A DNA stretch of 63,815 nt, the filler included, from an uncultured bacterium (GTDB lineage: Bacteria; B130-G9), in the NCBI GenBank assembly GCA_965372715.1. It is 3 parts of 3 records of this genome, joined end to end, with 100 filler letters (N's around TTAATTAATTAA, not from the genome) between each part and the next. Parts side by side here need not be neighbours in the genome. Positions count along the whole stretch, not along the records: positions 30,390 to 59,894 come from CBDVDH010000050.1; 2 more parts are not named here. One strand, written 5' to 3'. Within the stretch, counting starts at the first letter, position 1. Every line of letters begins with the position of its first letter. Made by a program: the position numbers and the translations under genes. Below, piece after piece: positions 47,681-56,193 of this stretch. The notes below the pieces were generated by a model that ran no database searches, was not told the origin of the DNA, and saw only the letters and a list, made by a program, of their open reading frames with translations.

Positions 47681-49348
47681 GACCGCGCACCTAAACCCGA
47701 CGAACTGGTCCCACTCGCTCGGCGGGCGCCAGTCTCTACATGACGATCTGATGTCCCACGTGGGGCTGTCGTAAGACCCGCCGCGCACCGTCTTTATCGT
47801 CCCAAACGCTGGCCCCGTGGGGTTCTCGTAGGGCGAAAACTGGTAGTAATCCGTCGTGTACCAGTCGGAGCAATACTCCCAGGTATTCCCGGCCATGTCG
47901 TAGCACCCATACCGGCTCTTGCCGTCTCCCGTGCCGGGGTTCAACCCGTTGTAGTAACCCACCGGCGAAGTGTATTCAAAACCGTCCGCGTCCGCCGCGA
48001 CGCCCATATCGTGGAGGTTAGCGAACCACACGCCGCCGTAATCCGGGAGATTGTCGCCCCAGGGGAACATCCGGTGCGTCGGGCCCTTGGCTGCCTTCTC
48101 CCACTGCGCCTCAGTCGGCAAGGCCTTGCCCGCCCACACGCAATAAGCCGAAGCCTCCCCATAAGTTATGCCAACCACAGGATGGTCCGGCTGGTTGAGA
48201 TTCTCATCGTCCCAGAACGCTGGCTCCAGATTGCCAGTGGAAAGGACAAACTCCCTGTAGTCGCTATTGCTGACCGGATAGCGGTCGATGTAGTAGGCGT
48301 CGAGCCAGACGGCGTGCACAGGCGTCTCGTCGCCCATCGTGCCGTTCTCGGTGCTGCCCATCGAGAACTCACCGGCGGGCACAAGCACCATCCCTGCCGG
48401 GGCCTGCGCCGAATCGACCGCAATCGTTATGACGTCCAGAGCGCTGGCGCCCCTTGAGTCGGTCGCCCGAACAGCGCAGTTGTAGCGCCCCTCCACAGTG
48501 TATGTGAACTCCGGGGCGCGCCTCGTGTCATCGACTCGCCCGTCGCCCTGGAAATCCCACTCGTAAGTATAAGGCTCAAAACCACCCGAAGCCGTCGCCA
48601 TGAATGAAACCTCCAGCGGAACCTCGCCCGACTCGGGACTCGCCGCCGCCTCAACCGTCAACTCAGCCGAGACATTTATCGTCACATAGTCGTCCGCCTG
48701 CGTGCCCTCGCTATCGACGACGGCGAGCACCGCCTCGAACATCCCGGGCGACCCATAGACGTATTCTACGTCCTGACCCTCGTGGTCAAAGACCCCATCC
48801 GACGTGAAGTCCCAGTAGAACCGATACGGCGGCAAACCACCGGTTGCGTCTCCGTGAAATGATACAGTAAGCGGCGCCGGCCCACGCATCGGATTTGCGG
48901 TCGCAAAAGCCGCAAGTGGTTGACTGGCGCTGACGATATCCACCGAGACCTGGCCGTAGTCCCCGATGATCCAGATGTCTCCCGCATTCGTGAGGACGCC
49001 GAACCACGAATAGGTCCCCAGCGGCGAACCCTCCGCCACCTGCATCTCAAAGAGCATCATCGGAGGCAAGTCGAAACCCGCCGGAAGTGTGGCCGCGAAA
49101 GGTTCAGGCGTCGTCGTAAAGCTCGGCCAAAACAGAAAAACACCGCTGGGCGTCTTCAAAAGGAGGTAGAAATCAACCTCTATCTCCTCGTCCGGGTTCT
49201 GCGCAGCAACCCATATCTGAAGATCATCACCCCAATAGAACTCGAGCTCGTTAGCGTAAACCTGAACAGAAGGCGCCGCCGCGGCCGACATCGCTACGCC
49301 CACCAGAAGGACAAGAATTAAGCCTATCCAAGACAACCTATCTCTCAC
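47642..49348 (-). CDS. Secreted protein: shared N-domain + 2 PKD + FGE-sulfatase domain
   Basis: Signal peptide; G.APLTV.F...WDF..DG x2; LPTEAQWEKAA, YDMAGNTWE, RGGS, GFRC; GTG start after GAGGT; 39-bp convergent overlap with mnmG. Confidence 0.85.
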   Translation of the reverse strand: MRDRLSWIGLILVLLVGVAMSAAAAPSVQVYANELEFYWGDDLQIWVAAQNPDEEIEVDFYLLLKTPSGVFLFWPSFTTTPEPFAATLPAGFDLPPMMLFEMQVAEGSPLGTYSWFGVLTNAGDIWIIGDYGQVSVDIVSASQPLAAFATANPMRGPAPLTVSFHGDATGGLPPYRFYWDFTSDGVFDHEGQDVEYVYGSPGMFEAVLAVVDSEGTQADDYVTINVSAELTVEAAASPESGEVPLEVSFMATASGGFEPYTYEWDFQGDGRVDDTRRAPEFTYTVEGRYNCAVRATDSRGASALDVITIAVDSAQAPAGMVLVPAGEFSMGSTENGTMGDETPVHAVWLDAYYIDRYPVSNSDYREFVLSTGNLEPAFWDDENLNQPDHPVVGITYGEASAYCVWAGKALPTEAQWEKAAKGPTHRMFPWGDNLPDYGGVWFANLHDMGVAADADGFEYTSPVGYYNGLNPGTGDGKSRYGCYDMAGNTWEYCSDWYTTDYYQFSPYENPTGPAFGTIKTVRGGSYDSPTWDIRSSCRDWRPPSEWDQFVGFRCAVLVSAAGDMYGQD

Positions 49349-49397
49349 GATCAACACCTCTTTAGTGCAACAAGTTAAAATCCAAACTCTCATTGTA

Positions 49398-49425
49398 ATT
49401 TTACCAACTCTTCGCCGGCTGTCAA
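49398..49425 (-). promoter_or_regulatory. Putative sigma70 promoter
   Basis: TTGACA-N16-TAAAAT with TGn extension. Confidence 0.55.
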
Positions 49426-49601
49426 ACACACCCAGACCAGGTCCTCGCGATCGGTCGTCACGGGACGACCCTCGTGCGGAGATTTTAGGCTTGGTCTCCC
49501 TCGTTCGAGGCGGACTGAGCCATCTAACCCGAAAGCGTTAGACAGATGGCCGGGATTGCTCTAGCCCTTGCACGCCACTGAGTATCGCCGCGGAGTTGGG
49601 G

Positions 49602-51536
49602 CTACCCGATCTCAAACTCCACGGCGGAGAATGAGATTGGACTGAAGGCGTCCGGCGAGGTAAGCGCCGCGGCAAAAAGATACTGCCCCGGCACGATGTT
49701 GTCAGGGATCTGGAGCTCGAAGATAACCTCCGGCCCGAAGCTGAAACCGGACGGGAGAAAAATGCCCGCGAGCCAAGGCGACACGCCCTCGACAAACCCG
49801 GAGTTGACCAATGAGAGCACTGACCCATCCGGCAGGACGAAGCCTACATATACGTCCACCACGGCATCCGGGCCTTCGCTCTGTGCGAACAAAGAACAGC
49901 GCAGCAAGCTCCCCCGGTAGAAGTATGCCGGGTCGTTGATCCAGCAGAAGATGCTCGGTTTGCCGAGCGGCTGGTGATAGCCCATATCGGCGATTCCTGA
50001 ATCAGGCACAGCGTCAGTTCTGGTGGTGTAATAGGCACTGACGCCAAGGGAATCAGCCGTGTCGCTGCCGGCGTCAATACATGGGCTATCGGCCCCTTGG
50101 CCGGCATCCAAACAGGATAGGTAGTAGTCCCCGTATGGGCCGGTCGTGAGTAACGGGTCGGCGCTGATGTTGCCCTCGCCCTCAAAGCCTCCCTCCACAC
50201 AAGAGTAGGTGATATTGATCGAGCTGTTCGGGTCGAAGCCGACGCCCGAGGAGTTTCCCCACAAGATGAGGTTAGCGACCACGGCGGAGTTCTGCGAATG
50301 GCAGAAGATGGCTCCTCCAGAACGTGCTGTGTTGCCATATATCGTGCAGTTGCGCACCGTCCCGGAGAGGTTATAACAGTAAATCCCTCCACCTTGGCCA
50401 GCTGAGTTGCCTGCGATCAGACAATTGAAAACCTCTCCGCCAAACATGCGCAGCCCGCCGCCGCCAGACGATGCATTAGAGTTCCCTGTTATCTGGCAAT
50501 CCCTGACTGTGGGCCCCGGACCATCGCCGTGGCAAACGATCCCTGGGCCATCAGTGTTGTCCTTGACCTCACACCCGACGATCAGTGGCGAAGCAAAGCT
50601 CGCCGTGATGCCGCCAGGATTATTCTTACTAATAACACACTCTGAGAGCGTGGTTGTTGACCCCTCGGTGAAGTAGACACCGGCACCAGAACTTGCATAG
50701 ACTTTGTTGCTGCTAATTGTACATCTTTCAATCAGGCCAGAGGAGTACCAAGCCACGATACCCTTACCCGAATTGCCGCTGATGGTGCAGTTTGAGATAA
50801 ATGGGGAGGAGAGACCAAACGAAATACCGCCTCCCTCGTTCTCGATGATCGCTGAATCGATTACCCTCGCATCAGAGTAACTCAATTTAATCCCGCCACC
50901 GGAGTCGTCTGCGGAGTTCCTCTTGATCAAACACATCTCGATTGTTGGGGAGCATCCGTGACAGAATATGCCGCCGCCGAAGGACTGCTGATCCGGCTCA
51001 TCCGTGTGTGCCTCGTTATACGTGATCGCGCAGTTGACAATCCTGCCACCGCACCCAAAAAAGCCCCCTCCCCACCGCGTCGCCACGTTTGCCGTCACAA
51101 TGCAGTTTGCGATGCTCGCGGCTGTATATGTATAGGGGCCATCTGGCCATTCTCCGCCGCAAATCCCGCCACCGTATTCCGCAAAGCCGTTAGTGATTGT
51201 GAAGCCGGATAGCTCGCAGGTCTCATCCTCGGTCCCGGCGAAGGTCACCACGGAGGCGAGCTGCTGACCGTCTATCACCGTCGCCTCAACCACGTAGCGG
51301 TCCCAGATGTCGGTCGAGGTCAGCACGATATTCTTGCCCTGGAAGTGGATGTTCTCATAGTACGTTCCGGGTTGGACAATGATCGTATCGCCGTCCTGCG
51401 CGACATCAATCGCGTCCTGAATCCCCGCAAAATCCCCCGTCCCAGCCTGCTTGACCTGATACTCCGCCGCGAACAGGCTCCCGCCCAGCAGCACGGCCAG
51501 AAAAACACATATCAACGTGGTATAGAATTGTTTCAT
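49602..51536 (-). CDS. Secreted right-handed beta-helix (pectin-lyase-like) protein with C-terminal shared domain
   Basis: IQDAID..GDTIIV.PGTY.EN; repeated C.I..N...GGGI; SPCIDAG; DMGYH; ATG after AAAGGAG. Confidence 0.88.
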   Translation of the reverse strand: MKQFYTTLICVFLAVLLGGSLFAAEYQVKQAGTGDFAGIQDAIDVAQDGDTIIVQPGTYYENIHFQGKNIVLTSTDIWDRYVVEATVIDGQQLASVVTFAGTEDETCELSGFTITNGFAEYGGGICGGEWPDGPYTYTAASIANCIVTANVATRWGGGFFGCGGRIVNCAITYNEAHTDEPDQQSFGGGIFCHGCSPTIEMCLIKRNSADDSGGGIKLSYSDARVIDSAIIENEGGGISFGLSSPFISNCTISGNSGKGIVAWYSSGLIERCTISSNKVYASSGAGVYFTEGSTTTLSECVISKNNPGGITASFASPLIVGCEVKDNTDGPGIVCHGDGPGPTVRDCQITGNSNASSGGGGLRMFGGEVFNCLIAGNSAGQGGGIYCYNLSGTVRNCTIYGNTARSGGAIFCHSQNSAVVANLILWGNSSGVGFDPNSSINITYSCVEGGFEGEGNISADPLLTTGPYGDYYLSCLDAGQGADSPCIDAGSDTADSLGVSAYYTTRTDAVPDSGIADMGYHQPLGKPSIFCWINDPAYFYRGSLLRCSLFAQSEGPDAVVDVYVGFVLPDGSVLSLVNSGFVEGVSPWLAGIFLPSGFSFGPEVIFELQIPDNIVPGQYLFAAALTSPDAFSPISFSAVEFEIG

Positions 51537-51596
51537 AGTTAAACTCCTTTCAATTACAATCATACCCAAAACTTCGGAACATGCCAACAAGACTAT

Positions 51597-51613
51597 AGCA
51601 GACTACGTGCCAA
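51597..51613 (-). promoter_or_regulatory. Possible sigma54 -24/-12 promoter
   Basis: TTGGCACGTAGTCTGCT, exact GG-N10-GC spacing. Confidence 0.4.
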
Positions 51614-51815
51614 CCACCGGAAGAATCTGCTTTCTTGCACATCAGTCCGGATATCTGTGGCCAATTGCGCGTCTCACCCCGTCATCCTGGACGCAGGCCA
51701 CGCGGTCAGTCTCACTGCTGTTGCCGCCGGCCCCAAGACGTGCTAAGGTGGGCGCAACTCCTCAATTTGAGGGGCAAGAGGTTTCAGATAGACCTTAGCA
51801 GCGCCGGGAGATGAA

Positions 51816-52670
51816 ATGCGGCGAGTCGTAGGCTTCTTTTTCGTTCTTATTCTGCTCGTCCAGGTCGCCTGGGCCTCCGACGGGTTATTGACGATAACCT
51901 TCTTCGACGTCGGGACCGCGGACGCGGCGCTAGTAACGACGCCAGCCGGCGAACACATCTTGATCGACGGCGGGACGAGGCAGGGCGGCGAGAAGGTCGC
52001 GATGTTCCTGAAATCACGTGGGATCAAGTCGCTCGACATTGTGATCGCGACGCACCCTCACCCTGACCACGTGGGCGGCCTTGCGCAGATAATTCGCGAG
52101 TTCGAGGTCAAGACGCTCTATGATTCGGGGATGCAATACGACTGCGAGGGCTACACGGCGTATCGGGAGGCGCTCTCGAAGTTCAAGGGAACCATAACGA
52201 CTGTCTGCGGCCGAATGATCGTCAGTCTGCCCTCGGGGGTCCACCTGGATTTCTTGAACCCAAAGCGTCAGGCGAAGCACATTCACGCGGATTGCATCGT
52301 CGTGCGGCTGCGTTACAGAGATGTCGCAGCCCTTTTCGCCGGTGACGCGAACGACATCGCCGAGGGTGTTCTTCTTTTCGACGAGGTCCCGCTGAAGAGC
52401 GATATTCTGAAGGTCGGGCACCATGGAGCGTCAGATGCGACGACGGAGGCGTTTCTCAAGGCCGTTGCGCCTCGCTATGCCGTCATCCCGGTTGAAGCGC
52501 CGAACGAGTATGGCCGGCCGCATCAGGTCGTTCTGGACAGGCTCGAGAAGCAGGGCATCGCGGTCTATCGAACCGACAAATACGGGAACGTAACGTTCGT
52601 AACCGACGGGGAGAAGGTGGGTCCTCCGAAATGCGAGCGGCAACAACAAATTGACAACCGCACGAATTAG
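51816..52670 (+). CDS. ComEC/Rec2-type MBL-fold hydrolase, secreted
   Basis: FFDVG, LIDGG, THPHPDHVGG, GDA, KVGHHG, YGRPH, RTD..G. Confidence 0.88.
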   Translation: MRRVVGFFFVLILLVQVAWASDGLLTITFFDVGTADAALVTTPAGEHILIDGGTRQGGEKVAMFLKSRGIKSLDIVIATHPHPDHVGGLAQIIREFEVKTLYDSGMQYDCEGYTAYREALSKFKGTITTVCGRMIVSLPSGVHLDFLNPKRQAKHIHADCIVVRLRYRDVAALFAGDANDIAEGVLLFDEVPLKSDILKVGHHGASDATTEAFLKAVAPRYAVIPVEAPNEYGRPHQVVLDRLEKQGIAVYRTDKYGNVTFVTDGEKVGPPKCERQQQIDNRTN

Positions 52671-52688
52671 AACGGGCGGGTCTAAGAC

Positions 52689-53094
52689 CTGACAATTGTA
52701 CGCATATTCCAAGGTTAAGAGGCCTGTTTATTGGATTCTATGAATCGCACTCTTCGAGGGGGAATAACGGCGGTAAGGACGTGCGAAACACGGCAGGTCG
52801 GATTCTGTCGGGCGGAGCACACATCCGGCGCGTCATCGCCCGGCTTCAGCCGAGGCGATGCAAACGGCTATCATTATCCTAACCCCCGAATTCATTCGGG
52901 GGCCTGATGCGGAGGCCGTCGTCCTCCTTACATAGTGTTCAGGATGGGATTCTTTGGAGGGAGGAGGAGGTTCTTCGGCGTCTAGAGGTCAGCCTCTGAA
53001 GTCGGGTGTTAGCATAATAAGAGCCATTCATATCACCGCGTTGAAACGCGGTGAGTCAGAGGAACCTACCTCCAAATATGCGTATAATTGTCAG
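52689..53094. mobile_element. 406-bp non-autonomous IS4/IS50-like MITE
   Basis: 20-bp TIRs CTGACAATTGTACGCATATT / AATATGCGTATAATTGTCAG (19/20); 9-bp flanking duplication GTCTAAGAC / GTCTGAGAC; no transposase ORF. Confidence 0.8.
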
Positions 53095-55456
53095 GTCTGA
53101 GACACCGGCCCTACATACCGCCGGGAAGAGGCGCACGGCCTCAACGCCGCTGGTCATGGCCCTGCTCGTCGCCGCGTCATTCACGCTTTACCTTCACACC
53201 GCGAACCCGCTTTTTAGGTTCAGCGACGGCGGCGAGCTCGCGGCAGCTTCTCACACGCTTGGCGTCGCGCATCCGACCGGGTATCCGCTCTTTCTTACGA
53301 GCCAGAAGCTCTGGTCCTTCCTGCTCCCAATCGGCAATCCGTGTTTCCGGGCGAACCTATTCAGCGCCGCTTGTGCCAGCGTTGCCCTTGCGCTCATCTT
53401 TCTTCTCTGCCTCAAGATTGCGGGGCCTCTCTCGGGACTCGTCGCGGCCGGGCTTCTTGGCTTTTCACAGACGTTCTGGCTGCAAGCGACGCAGTCAACG
53501 GTCTATGCGCTGAACCTGACGCTCGCGGCGCTTCTGATTGTGTTGGCTTTCCTCGCGCTTGGTCGATTGAAATCGAGAGGTCCGGACGCGCGCCTGGAAG
53601 ACCTGCGCAAACCAGTTTGGCCCAACGTTTTGAGGGCGGCCGCGCTGTTCTTCTTCGTCCTTGGGGTTGGATTGGGCAATCATGTGACGCTGGCGCTCAT
53701 TCCGGTCGCGCTGTTCTTGTCCCACCCACGCCATCTCAGTCTGCTCCTTTGGAAAAGGGGCGTTGCACTCGCCGCGCTGGTCTTCCTCCTGGCCGGCCTT
53801 TCGGTCTATCTATACCTGCCCATGAGAGCCAACGCAGACCCGGCGATAAACTGGGGCGATCCGTCGATCTGGGAGCGACTGTGGGAACACATCTCGCAGC
53901 GCGACTACAAGTTCAAACAGGCGTCGCTCACATTCGACGAACACATGACCGTTACGGTGGCCTTCTTCGGCTCAACGGCAAAGGAGTTCGGCGTTCTCGG
54001 CGCCTCACTTGCTCTGATTGGACTTGTCGGCGGCTTTGTTCAGAGACGCTGTCTGACGATATTTCTGGTTCTGCTTTCACTCGGCACGCTCCTCGTGGCG
54101 CTTCTCTACGGAGAGGGGACCTACCTCGAACCCGTCTATTGCCTGCCGGCATACCTAGCGGCGGCGGTCCTTGCGGGATTTGGCGCGAGCGACCTGATCT
54201 TGCTGATGCAAAGGATTAAGAGAGCCAACGCCGCAGGGACTCGGCGCAAGTTGACCGTCGCAGCCACGATACTGCTCGCCATCTTGCCGATCGGGCTTTT
54301 CGCCGAAAACTACCACAGATGCGACAGCTCGAGGAATTACTACGCATACTGGCATGGCCTGAACATCCTCAAGACGATGCCGCTTGGCTCTACGTTCTTC
54401 GGCGAGACCGATACCGCCTTGTTCCCGCTTTACTACCTCAAGTTCGTGGAGGGGCGCAGGCCGGATGTCAAGCTCTACGACAGAAAGTGGCGCGTCGTGG
54501 AGTATTTCGAGCAGAACGACTTGCAATCGAGCTACAACCGTGAGATGCGGATAATCGAGGGGTCTCACTACGCTCCTGTGTTCTACGCGGAGTATCCGAC
54601 CGTCCCCGCGATCAACATAAAGCTCTTCGGGATATTGCTCGAGGCGTTCCTTACTGAGCCCTGGACTGGGACGATTGACTTCGAGCGGCTCTATTCCAAC
54701 TTCGTGCGGGAGCCTGAGGAGGACCTGTTCATCGACAAGTGGACCAAGGAGACGCGAGCCAAATACTTCCTGCTCTGGGGCCACCAGTATGAGTTGCAGG
54801 ATGACCTGGCCGAGGCGCGGGCGCATTTCGCGGAGGCGAGTCGCTTGGGCTATGACAATGCGGGCCTGATGAACAACCTTTCGATTTATTACCAACGGGC
54901 GGGGATGATAGGGGATGCGGTCTCTGCGATGGAGCGGGCTGTTGAGCTTGAGCCGGCAAGCGCGAGACTGCTCACGAGGCTTGGGATTCTCTACTACAAC
55001 CTCAAGAGACTTGACGAGGCCATCGAGAGGCTGAAGAGATCGCTCGCGATTGACGGTGAAAACCCAGACGCCGCCATCTACTTGGCCAATTCATACTTGG
55101 TGAAAGGCGACCACTCGCAGGCCGAGAGGTATTTCAAAAAGACGCTTGAGATAATGCCGCACAACATCGAGGCCCACAACAACCTGGGCTTCATCTACAA
55201 GGGCCAGCGCAAGTATGACGAGGCGGCCGAGCACTTCAAGGAGGCGATCCGCATCGGCACTGAATCCTATATGCCGTTTTTTAACTTGGCCTCAGTCTAT
55301 GCCTTGAGCGGGGACGCCGAGAAGGCGTTCAAGTGGCTCAGGCGCGGACGGAGGTATATGAGCAAACGGGTTGTTGAGTCTATACGAGAGCACCCTGATT
55401 TTGATAGTATTCGTGACGACCCGAGATTCAGGGAGGCCCTCGGTAGGGATGATTAG
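53078..55456 (+). CDS. DUF2723/TMEM260-like membrane glycosyltransferase with TPR repeats
   Basis: DGGEL...LGVAHPTGYPLF, EVY-like TVY, GNH, YLYLP.RA...NWG; C-terminal TPRs; start 53078 or 53156. Confidence 0.85.
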   Translation: MRIIVRSETPALHTAGKRRTASTPLVMALLVAASFTLYLHTANPLFRFSDGGELAAASHTLGVAHPTGYPLFLTSQKLWSFLLPIGNPCFRANLFSAACASVALALIFLLCLKIAGPLSGLVAAGLLGFSQTFWLQATQSTVYALNLTLAALLIVLAFLALGRLKSRGPDARLEDLRKPVWPNVLRAAALFFFVLGVGLGNHVTLALIPVALFLSHPRHLSLLLWKRGVALAALVFLLAGLSVYLYLPMRANADPAINWGDPSIWERLWEHISQRDYKFKQASLTFDEHMTVTVAFFGSTAKEFGVLGASLALIGLVGGFVQRRCLTIFLVLLSLGTLLVALLYGEGTYLEPVYCLPAYLAAAVLAGFGASDLILLMQRIKRANAAGTRRKLTVAATILLAILPIGLFAENYHRCDSSRNYYAYWHGLNILKTMPLGSTFFGETDTALFPLYYLKFVEGRRPDVKLYDRKWRVVEYFEQNDLQSSYNREMRIIEGSHYAPVFYAEYPTVPAINIKLFGILLEAFLTEPWTGTIDFERLYSNFVREPEEDLFIDKWTKETRAKYFLLWGHQYELQDDLAEARAHFAEASRLGYDNAGLMNNLSIYYQRAGMIGDAVSAMERAVELEPASARLLTRLGILYYNLKRLDEAIERLKRSLAIDGENPDAAIYLANSYLVKGDHSQAERYFKKTLEIMPHNIEAHNNLGFIYKGQRKYDEAAEHFKEAIRIGTESYMPFFNLASVYALSGDAEKAFKWLRRGRRYMSKRVVESIREHPDFDSIRDDPRFREALGRDD

Positions 55457-55480
55457 AGGCCGCAGACTTAGGAGCGCGAT

Positions 55481-55999
55481 ATGAAGGACTGGGAAGCCGA
55501 AGCGAAGGTTGTTTCGAGCAAGGTGGCCGCGTTCGGCGTGCTGGTCTTGGCTCTGTTGGTTCCTGGGGCGGGTCACTTCTTTTTGGGGCGGAAGAAAAAA
55601 GCTGTCGTGCTGGCGACCATAATCATCCTGACGTTCTTTTTGGGCGTCTATCTTCACGGCAAGCTCTACAGCTTCGAGAAGGGCCAGAGCGGGTCAGAGA
55701 CGCTGATCAACTACATCGGCGCTTTGGCGGGGCTCGGCAACGGGATACTGTATATTCTGGCGGTTGGGTTCGGGTTCGCCAATGGCCAGATCGAAAAGCG
55801 GACCTTTGAGATTGGCGTTACGTTTCTTCTGAGCGCGGGGCTTTTCAACATCTTGGCCGCCGTTGATGCTTATCGCTGCTCAATTGGGTACGATTACGAC
55901 GCGGCCGAGGCAGCCCGGCTCGAGGCCAAGAAGGAACGGAAGGCTCGGAGGAAAGCCAAAAGAAGCAGAAGAATCACGAAGCGAAAGGCCACAAAGTGA
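55481..55999 (+). CDS. DUF6677-like membrane protein
   Basis: LVPGAGHFFLG, AGLFNILAAVDAY; AGGAG RBS. Confidence 0.7.
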   Translation: MKDWEAEAKVVSSKVAAFGVLVLALLVPGAGHFFLGRKKKAVVLATIIILTFFLGVYLHGKLYSFEKGQSGSETLINYIGALAGLGNGILYILAVGFGFANGQIEKRTFEIGVTFLLSAGLFNILAAVDAYRCSIGYDYDAAEAARLEAKKERKARRKAKRSRRITKRKATK

Positions 56000-56163
56000 C
56001 GCATTTTCTTTGCCTCATATACCTTTCGTTTGCGATCTCAGTAGTCGTTTCAGCAACGGCAACGAATGATCCATCGAAGATACGAAGACGGGCGGCCAAA
56101 TACTTCGCCGTGATGGTCATTGGTTCGATTGCTGTCGGCTGGCTAATGTTCCTATCGTCCTAA
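55996..56163 (+). CDS. 55-aa two-helix membrane protein (absent from ORF track)
   Basis: GTGA overlap with upstream stop; MTHFLCLIYLSFAISVVVSA...KYFAVMVIGSIAVGWLMFLSS. Confidence 0.65.
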   Translation: MTHFLCLIYLSFAISVVVSATATNDPSKIRRRAAKYFAVMVIGSIAVGWLMFLSS

Positions 56164-56193
56164 CAACACTCGATAAGTAGCAGGAGGTCTTGT

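Noticed and set aside
49522-49543. ATCTAAC...GTTAGAC resembling integron attC ends
   Set aside because: Only 22 bp, far shorter than an attC site, with no integrase or cassette array
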